From assembly GCA_052168235.1 (NCBI GenBank), contig JBQLZK010000089.1, forward strand, positions 1 to 22,530: a DNA stretch of 22,530 nt, given 5' to 3'. Shown one piece after another: positions 16,801-22,530 of the stretch. The notes under the pieces were generated by a model, which did no database searches, was not told where the DNA came from, and saw only the letters and a program-made list of their open reading frames with translations. How positions within the stretch are numbered: position 1 is the first letter of the stretch; every line of letters starts with the position of its first letter. The translations under genes and the position numbers were made by a program. Source of the stretch: Thainema sp. (lineage in GTDB: Bacteria; Cyanobacteriota; Cyanobacteriia; Phormidesmidales; Phormidesmidaceae).

Positions 16801-18684
16801 CACAAATATGCCGCTCCAGTCGGGGTTGAACTGATAAATGGCCGCGCGATCGCACTTAAAGACCTGACGGACGGCGGTTGTTGTATCTTGTAGAATGGTG
16901 TCAACTTTGAGGCTGCGGCGCATCCGATCGACAATCTGAGCCATTGCCTGATCCGTGTTTGACTTTTCCAGCAGCTGGGCTTCTGCCTGCTTCTGGGCTG
17001 TGATATCCCGTCCCACTCCCTGATATTCCACGACTTGCCCTGCGTCATCTAGGATGACGCGGTCGTGCCACTGCTGCCAGCGGATGCTGCCGTCTGGTCG
17101 AATGACGCGATGTTCGCAAACGACGTAGGGATTTTGGGCAGACAGTGAGTGAATGATTTCCTGCACGGCAGGGATATCTTCGGTGGGAATCAGCGGTAAG
17201 AATGTTTGCCCCACCAGGTCGGCTTCTGTTTTGTTGAAATAGCGACAGTAGGCCTGATTGACAAATGTAATCGTGCCGTCTAGCTGATAGCGACAAATAA
17301 GCTCCGTCTGGTCTTCGATGATGGCGCGATAGCGCTGTTCACTCTGCTGGAGCTGTTGATTGGTTTGGGCTAGACTGGCGGTGCGTTCGGCTACTCGGCT
17401 CTCTAATAGCGCCAGAGACGTTTGGATCTGCTGAGCCATGCGCTGAAACGACTGGGTCAGAAATTGAAACTCGCGAATGCGGGAGGATCGGAGCTGTGGC
17501 TGCAGTTTGCCATCTGCGATCGCATCTGCGGCTTGAGTGAGACGGGTGAGCGATTGGACAATGCAGCGCGAGGTAAAAATACCGGCACCGGCTGAAACGA
17601 CCAGCGCTAGCAAACAGAGCAAAACAGTGCGGTTTCGATTGGCGATGATCTGCTCCATAAAATCTGATTCGGGCACGATCACCACTACCAACCAGTCCAA
17701 TCCCCACGGGTCACGATAGGAGTCAATTTGTAAAAATTGCCGCTCACCATTTAGCTCAACGGTTAACTGCTGGAGAGAGTAAATGTGGTTGAGATCCTGA
17801 TACTCGCTCCGCAAAAATGTAGCTATCTCGCGAATGAGTGGATCATTCGATTCAAACACATTTATGCGCTGCGCACGGCCATTTTTAATCAGAAACGGCT
17901 GGGCTAATGTTGAGCTTGCCACTAGCAAACCGGATCGCTCGATGATAAATGTTTGACCAGACTGGCCAATCTCTGTTTGTTTTAGAAAATCACTGATTTG
18001 TTCGAGAAAAAAATTGCTGCCAAATACCCCAATTAAGTTGTTGGCTTCGTCGTACACTGGCACGCTGGCCGGGATGGCCATAATGGGATAAGCGTGATAG
18101 GTGAAAACCTCACCCCAGGTCGGTTTTCCAGCTTTGACTGCAGCGCTATACCAAGGGCGATCGCGAATGGGGAAGTTGGGCGTTTCACTCAGGAGTTCGG
18201 TTGGATTTCCCTGCTGATCAACGGCATAAAAACGAATGCCGCCGCCCAGATGGGCACCAGCTTCCATCCGCTGATACTCATAGTCATTGAAGCTTGATGT
18301 ACCGATAAATTGTTCGGTTTCGCTGCCCCAAAATATGGATTCAACTGTTGGAAAGAGTTTGGCCTGATAGAAAAACTGACGATTTAATGCTTCTAAATCC
18401 GTTGGATCTAAATAACCGAGACTGACTGCATCACGGTTGAGGCGATTGACAAGGTGGGGATCTGCTAAATAATCATCTAGCTTTTGATGAATACGGGTGA
18501 CGACTTCCTGCCGCAATTGAGTTGCTACATCATTAACAGCTTGGCGGCCATTCCGTATCGATAGATAACCTGTCAAACCAACGGCTAGAAATACCTGAAC
18601 TAAAAACGGCACGATCAGGATAAACCGTAGCGGTAAACCTTTAGCTGGAGCTGGCTCAGATTCAGAAGTGTGGGAGGAGGTCAT
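13834..18684 (-). CDS. Membrane hybrid sensor histidine kinase: TM-dCache-TM-HAMP-PAS-GAF-GAF-HisKA-HATPase-REC, with cyanobacteriochrome-like GAFs
   Basis: Two TM helices flank a Cache-like region (RDRPWY..A....PTW), followed by HAMP and PAS. The GAFs carry W.D.HLQ.TQGG...CY and D.Y...FSDCY. The kinase core has H-box MSHELRTPLN, N-box LINLLGNAIKFT, DTGPGI and GTGLGL, and the REC has VVDD/IWMDMRMP/KPF. It overlaps the next gene by 8 bp. Confidence 0.93.
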   Translation of the reverse strand: MTSSHTSESEPAPAKGLPLRFILIVPFLVQVFLAVGLTGYLSIRNGRQAVNDVATQLRQEVVTRIHQKLDDYLADPHLVNRLNRDAVSLGYLDPTDLEALNRQFFYQAKLFPTVESIFWGSETEQFIGTSSFNDYEYQRMEAGAHLGGGIRFYAVDQQGNPTELLSETPNFPIRDRPWYSAAVKAGKPTWGEVFTYHAYPIMAIPASVPVYDEANNLIGVFGSNFFLEQISDFLKQTEIGQSGQTFIIERSGLLVASSTLAQPFLIKNGRAQRINVFESNDPLIREIATFLRSEYQDLNHIYSLQQLTVELNGERQFLQIDSYRDPWGLDWLVVVIVPESDFMEQIIANRNRTVLLCLLALVVSAGAGIFTSRCIVQSLTRLTQAADAIADGKLQPQLRSSRIREFQFLTQSFQRMAQQIQTSLALLESRVAERTASLAQTNQQLQQSEQRYRAIIEDQTELICRYQLDGTITFVNQAYCRYFNKTEADLVGQTFLPLIPTEDIPAVQEIIHSLSAQNPYVVCEHRVIRPDGSIRWQQWHDRVILDDAGQVVEYQGVGRDITAQKQAEAQLLEKSNTDQAMAQIVDRMRRSLKVDTILQDTTTAVRQVFKCDRAAIYQFNPDWSGIFVAESVDPAYPCLVGNGIQTIWSDRHLQTTQGGCFQKGDIHQANDTRFEIGPNCYRQMLEQFDIRAYIIAPVFQQNRLWGLLAVYQHQQPRTWTTEEGRLITHVGKQLGIALHQADLLIQVQQKSEELQRASEAAEAEIRRQLQKQAATANAVDAVVDRTRAFLDVDTIFSTVTYEARKLLNVDCVAIYQFKSDETGEFVAESIAPNRRSLIARQSQDPTLKLNIGDRKIIQLIHNSKPYFSRPHAGFSQAQSPAASDPSPDFAELDELDELNKLDETAREIEHLNQALAQVEQKFSPPIVDADVADIPDIDVDHHIHADRLLRSQFAPVDDENEENKDKKHDLSQPDYSDYWVKDAYFSQSATVTAQIESFVADDVYNRQFSDCYLQALEEYQIRAYIIAPIFQGTHLWGMLTAYQQTEPRQWEPWEVKAMIRLGKQLGIALRQAEYVREIREKSRQVIQALQAEAVMRQARDAADASNRAKSEFLSHMSHELRTPLNAILGFTQLMQREANLPDSQREYLNTINQSGEHLLTLINDILDMSKIEAGRLFLHDVQFDLHDLLLSIQNMLQAKAAAKDLAFKVELAPDLPQFVIGDEGKLRQILINLLGNAIKFTTRGSVTLRVQLDYTYPEPADYQAAIADQAQSSRAHANQNTEFNAAYNTKLAAKRSNITDGTVWFYFAIQDTGPGIPPEEVDLLFKPFMQTAIGRSSHVGTGLGLTISQKFAQIFGGDIRLESTSTAGSTFAVRLPLLRSQTTVLPTSYSYRCPVALAPGQAPCRILVVDDHDQSRQLMVTLLTKVGFQVEEATNGQEAIEQWYRWRPHLIWMDMRMPVMSGDQAAAAIKSQIDGQATIIIALTASAFEEERSNILAAGCDDFVRKPFQDWLVFEKMAEYLGVQYEYAPETEAVVALSHPQPSPGSFDTQCFAQQSTEWLTAVHQAATSADGEQIQQLVCAIAEDQPELAAYLNLLVQNFEFEAIIELSGGYLDHD

Positions 18685-18785
18685 ATATCGTCTCGCAGCA
18701 GAATGGCAGATTGTGCCACGGAGAGGAGAACAGTTTGTTCTGGGTTAAGTTGCTTCTACTCAGACCTTACATCATGTCTAATTTC

Positions 18786-18848
18786 GCCAGTGAAACGAAA
18801 TTTTCTGTCGTTATTTTCTGTCGTTATCTTTTGAAAACTGCCAGTGAA
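18786..18848. repeat. Tandem 13-bp direct repeat flanked by a 9-bp direct repeat in a divergent promoter region
   Basis: TTTTCTGTCGTTA occurs twice (18801-18826), and GCCAGTGAA is at 18786 and 18840. Confidence 0.6.
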
Positions 18849-19259
18849 TAGAATGAACGGCTTTGTGTGGAAGGTTAGGTTTGCACGGTTTCGCAGGGTT
18901 TAAAGCTATTGCTGTTACGCCTGGTTAATGTATCTTTGCAGATTGATGAAACGAATTCAGCCTTTGTATGCCCTGAAATGAGAGGGTAATTGACGATACC
19001 GACTCAGTTCTTAACATCCTGGCTTGGATTAGACACGAGCCCATGCTCAACGCATTGTAGCGATCAGTCTTGAGCCGTCACAATAGCCGTTACCGCAATC
19101 CGGAAAATCGTCACAACAATTAAACTTGTGGCGCGGCTGGATTGGGGCCTGGAGCGGGGAAATGATGACCGCGACCAGATCGCTGATTCGCCACCTCAAG
19201 TGTGTGTGGTTAAAATCACGGTATCTGTTGACTTGACGGCTGATTTTGATTACAAGCCC

Positions 19260-20516
19260 ATGATTAATTCACTGGTTTACTATTTGACACCGAATTTGGC
19301 ACAGGCGACGGAGGCGGCCTCAGCTACACCGAACGCACCTCCTAATGCTGCGCCGACGATACCTCCTGAGAGTAGCGATCCGGCTGTGCAGGCGGCGGCT
19401 GATACGGTTGAGAAAGTCGGTAAAGCGATTGAATCACTGCCGATCGCATCCCAAATTAATCCGGAGCTACGGTTTGTCTTGGTGATCAGCACGGCCATTT
19501 TAGTGACGCTGCTGATTAGCCAGTTTATTCCCCGGCTGCTTCAGTTTTTGATTAATCGCTTTGCGAGTCCGGGGATGCGAGAGGTTTACGATAAAGTCTT
19601 TAGTCCCCATAACCAACTGATTGGCTGGGTGATTAGCCTGACGATTGGGGATATCGTGATTCTGATCTTGAGTCGAACCCGATGGGGACGCTGGACAGAA
19701 GTTGCGTTTAGTCTATTGCTAACGCTGGCCATTGGCTGGCTGGGGTCGCGGCTGTTTAGGCAGTACTTTGACGTGTATCTGCTGGATGCTGCCGTGCGCA
19801 GGGGGCGCAAGGTCAATAGTGAATTGCTGGTCGTGGGCAAGTATGTGGCGAATTTTGCGATCGCAGTGATCACGATTTCCCTATTTGCTGAGACGCATGA
19901 TTTTAATATCTTTGGCCTGTTTGCCAGTTTGGGGATCGGTGGACTTGCGATCGCATTTGCAGCCCAGAAAACGCTGGAGCAGCTACTGGGCGGCGTAGTG
20001 ATCTACGTGGATCGCCCCTTCGTAGTGGATGACTATGTGGGGCTGCCCGATGGCACATTTGGCCGAGTGGAGTCGATTGGTTTACGATCCACGAAGATTC
20101 GAACCTCCGGCAAAGGAACGCTGGTGATCGTGCCTAACAGCGCTCTGAGTGAGGCCACGATTGAAAACTTCACGGGTGCCAAGAAGGTGATGTCGATTAT
20201 CTATCTCAACTTCTATCGAATTATTCCCAGTGAAGAGGCGGCGCTGATTCGGCAGGTAATTCTGGAAAGTACGGGTGATATCTTCGGGATTGACTCTCGC
20301 AGTACCGATGTTACATTCCGCGAAGTGGAGCAAGGCAAGCGCAGCCAAGCTCAAATCACCTTTTTCATACTGGGTTCTGGTGAAGTCTCGATGGAACTGC
20401 GGCGGCAGCTCTTGGATATTGCTAACCAGAAAATCACCCAGCGGCTGAAAGAATATGGCATCGTCTTCGATATTGACGAGCCAACGATTTACGTTGATTC
20501 GCCAATCACAATTTGA
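19260..20516 (+). CDS. mscS: Mechanosensitive ion channel, MscS family (paralogue 1)
   Basis: Multiple TM helices precede ASLGIGGLAIAFAAQKTL, DRPF.VDD and GRVESIGLRSTKIRT....LVIVPNS...IENF. ATG 19260 is more plausible than GTG 19128. Confidence 0.92.
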   Translation: MINSLVYYLTPNLAQATEAASATPNAPPNAAPTIPPESSDPAVQAAADTVEKVGKAIESLPIASQINPELRFVLVISTAILVTLLISQFIPRLLQFLINRFASPGMREVYDKVFSPHNQLIGWVISLTIGDIVILILSRTRWGRWTEVAFSLLLTLAIGWLGSRLFRQYFDVYLLDAAVRRGRKVNSELLVVGKYVANFAIAVITISLFAETHDFNIFGLFASLGIGGLAIAFAAQKTLEQLLGGVVIYVDRPFVVDDYVGLPDGTFGRVESIGLRSTKIRTSGKGTLVIVPNSALSEATIENFTGAKKVMSIIYLNFYRIIPSEEAALIRQVILESTGDIFGIDSRSTDVTFREVEQGKRSQAQITFFILGSGEVSMELRRQLLDIANQKITQRLKEYGIVFDIDEPTIYVDSPITI

Positions 20517-20523
20517 TCTGCCA

Positions 20524-20572
20524 ATTAGTGTGTATAAACCGTTTGTGCTGCAAACGGTTTATACACACTAAT
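20524..20572. other. Perfect 22-bp inverted repeat between the two mscS genes
   Basis: The sequence is ATTAGTGTGTATAAACCGTTTG-TGCTG-CAAACGGTTTATACACACTAAT. Confidence 0.8.
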
Positions 20573-20680
20573 CATGGGTTTTGAATAGAGTTTTGTCGCT
20601 ACTCTGCATAGAGTTTGGCCGATTTTCCAGTTGGGTGCAAGATACAGTTTCAGCCTTTTATTCTCACAACTCTTCCAGTT

Positions 20681-21805
20681 ATGCTTTCTGACCTCAATGA
20701 CGTTCTACAGCTCAACCTACCGAGGCTCACCGGGGGTGAAGCGCCATCGGGAATTTATAGCGCTCTCATCTTCGCAGTTTTCATCGCGCTCTCGCTGCTG
20801 CTCGGTCGCTATACGCCCGGTATTGTCAAGCTGATCATCCATCGGGTCGCACCTAATAAGGTGGGTGAAATTTATGACAACCTGATTGATCCGGTCAAAG
20901 GGCCATTTCGCTGGGCGGGCACCTTCATCTTCATTTCGCTCTCAATGGTCTGGATTGAGAATAGCTTCAGCAGCCTGTATGACTTTTTTCAGCCGTTTCT
21001 CGATTTGGCTGTTATTGTTAGCGTAGCCTGGTTGGCCTCCCGCCTCTTCCGGCAAATCATTCGCATCTATGGGATTGAGCTACTGCGGCGCTGGGGCCGA
21101 GAGGTGGACGAGCTGCTGCTGGTGTTTGAAACCCTAGCGAACGTCATTATTGGTCTGTTTGCTGTGCTGGCTTTTGCCCAAAGCCAAAACTTTAATCTAG
21201 TCGGCCTGATCGCCAGTTTAGGAATTGGTGGACTTGCGATCGCATTTGCGGCTCAGAAAATTTTGGAGCAGTTGCTCAGTACGATTGTGCTGTATTTGGA
21301 TCGGCCTTTTGTGCCCGGCGAATATATTCGGCTGGGCGATGGGCAACTGGGTCGAGTCGAGTCGATTGGTTTGCGATCGACTAAAATTCGCACGGCTGCC
21401 AAAAGCACGCTGATGGTGCTGCCCAACTCCATCCTAGTCAACGTGGAAATTGAAAACGTCACGCGGGCTAAAAAGGTGATGGTGATGCTCTATCTAGATT
21501 TTTTGCGATCGCTGACGGAACAGGACGCGGCGCTGGTCAAGCAGGTAATTACCCGCAGCACCAATTCGCTGTTTGGCATCGACCCCGGCAGCACCAGCAT
21601 TTCGTTCACATCTCACAACGGTCAGGCCATGCAGCGGGTGCGAGTTACGTTCTTCATTTTGGGTTCTAGTGAAAATTCAATCCAGCTGAGAAAGCGTCTG
21701 CTCGAACTGGCCAACGACAACATTTCTAAGCAGCTGTTGGAGTATGGGATTGAATTTACAATTCAGGATCCCACGATTTATGTGGAATCCCCCGTCACGA
21801 TTTAG
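20681..21805 (+). CDS. mscS: Mechanosensitive ion channel, MscS family (paralogue 2)
   Basis: It has ASLGIGGLAIAFAAQKIL, DRPFVPGE, GRVESIGLRSTKIRT and VLPNS....IENV, and the same C-terminus pattern PTIYV.SP.TI as paralogue 1. ATG 20681 is preferred to TTG 20615. Confidence 0.92.
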   Translation: MLSDLNDVLQLNLPRLTGGEAPSGIYSALIFAVFIALSLLLGRYTPGIVKLIIHRVAPNKVGEIYDNLIDPVKGPFRWAGTFIFISLSMVWIENSFSSLYDFFQPFLDLAVIVSVAWLASRLFRQIIRIYGIELLRRWGREVDELLLVFETLANVIIGLFAVLAFAQSQNFNLVGLIASLGIGGLAIAFAAQKILEQLLSTIVLYLDRPFVPGEYIRLGDGQLGRVESIGLRSTKIRTAAKSTLMVLPNSILVNVEIENVTRAKKVMVMLYLDFLRSLTEQDAALVKQVITRSTNSLFGIDPGSTSISFTSHNGQAMQRVRVTFFILGSSENSIQLRKRLLELANDNISKQLLEYGIEFTIQDPTIYVESPVTI

Positions 21806-21982
21806 CGTAGCGAGTACGTTAGCTGTAACCCGGTTTAGCATCTTGTTCTGGACGTATTCTCAAGCACATCGTTGGCTTGCGAGAAATTGGCTGGTGAGAA
21901 ATTGGCCCAACAATTTCCCCAAACCCACGAGATTATGATACAAGTGTACTATCCTGATTCAGGTTACAACTCGCTCATCAAA

Positions 21983-22378
21983 CTAGTCCGGCAGCAACGC
22001 CGTAATTTGATCGACAAACTCTTGATGATCCACTACGGGCTTGGAAATATAGCCATCCGCGCCGCTCTGGCTAAGGAAATTTTCGCGATCGCCTTCCATC
22101 GCGTGAGCTGTAACCAGAATGACGGGCAGATTCGCCGTCTTGGGATTTGCCTTCAAAATCTGGGTGATCTTAATCCCATCTACGGGCTTGCCCTCGTACA
22201 TACTGTGGGACAGCGACACATCCATCAAGATGATGTCTACTGTGCCGCTTTCAGCGATCGTCATCACCTCGTCAACGTTTTCGGTATGCTTAACGTTCAT
22301 TCCGCCCCGTTTCGTCAAAATCTTAGAAAAGACGCGGGCATTGATTAGATCATCCTCAACGATGAGAACTGTTTTCAT
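21983..22378 (-). CDS. Single-domain response regulator (cyanobacterial DivK-like)
   Basis: Motifs are VLIVEDD, IILMDVSL (phospho-Asp), VILVTAHAMEGDRE and ADGYISKP. An AGGGAG RBS lies upstream. Confidence 0.9.
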   Translation of the reverse strand: MKTVLIVEDDLINARVFSKILTKRGGMNVKHTENVDEVMTIAESGTVDIILMDVSLSHSMYEGKPVDGIKITQILKANPKTANLPVILVTAHAMEGDRENFLSQSGADGYISKPVVDHQEFVDQITALLPD

Positions 22379-22530
22379 CCGTGCTCCCTTTCCCTACTGA
22401 CATGAACTCTCTCTACCAAACGGCTACGCCCCGGATCCCTGATCAAAACTTGGGGATAATCTCAACAAACTGACGCTGAATATAAAGCGTCAACCATAAA
22501 GCAATGTCAAGCCATGTGGTTTGATACTAC

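Larger units (their letters stand above)
2224..22092. repeat. Dispersed HIP1 octamers (GCGATCGC)
   Basis: About 30 copies were seen by eye, for example at 2224, 3402, 5071, 5801, 11191, 11401, 15831 and 21236. Fewer than one is expected by chance. This is a cyanobacterial signature. Confidence 0.9.

Noticed and set aside
18840..18920. Possible c-di-GMP-I riboswitch upstream of the kinase/c-di-GMP operon (GCAAACC...CACAAAGCC on the minus strand)
   Set aside because: I could not form the GNRA-capped P2 stem or a P1/P3 pairing. An Rfam/Infernal scan would settle it.
21881..21906. Direct repeat GAGAAATTGGC x2 between convergent genes
   Set aside because: It is short, has two copies only and has no promoter context, so it is probably a slippage duplication.
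21872..22348. 158-aa plus-strand ORF
   Set aside because: It is an antisense shadow of the well-supported response regulator and has no recognisable motifs.
706..22400. The many short (60-126 aa) ORFs nested in or antisense to the main genes
   Set aside because: They are fully overlapped by motif-supported CDSs and lack domain signatures. Such ORFs are expected by chance at this GC content.

Overview
This window is cyanobacterial chromosomal DNA. It carries about 30 HIP1 octamers (GCGATCGC, counted by eye) and cyanobacteria-type rbp, DivK-like and cyanobacteriochrome-type GAF genes. It is rich in signalling genes. From left to right: (1) a minus-strand two-gene module of a two-domain KaiC-like ATPase and a pseudo-receiver/GGDEF diguanylate cyclase; (2) a membrane bPH-domain gene and an orphan hydantoin/allantoin-racemase-family gene flanked by GTAG-type REP-like palindromes; (3) a stand-alone RnfD/NqrB-like membrane protein paired with a secreted CxxC-containing DUF2330-like protein; (4) an orphan Wzc/GumC-like coiled-coil protein and an alpha/beta-hydrolase-fold protein that appears catalytically degenerate; (5) an RRM RNA-binding protein with a structured 5'UTR; (6) a probable operon of a hybrid histidine kinase (Cache-HAMP-PAS-GAF-GAF-HK-REC), a REC-PAS-PAS-GGDEF-EAL protein and tilS; (7) two tandem MscS paralogues separated by a perfect 22-bp inverted repeat; (8) a DivK-like single-domain response regulator. 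I saw no rRNA, tRNA, CRISPR array or transposase. The best candidates for under-described systems are the KaiC-like/pseudo-receiver-DGC module, the RnfD-like/DUF2330 pair, and the kinase whose second GAF is split by a ~110-aa acidic insertion. All family calls come from motif recognition by eye, not database searches.
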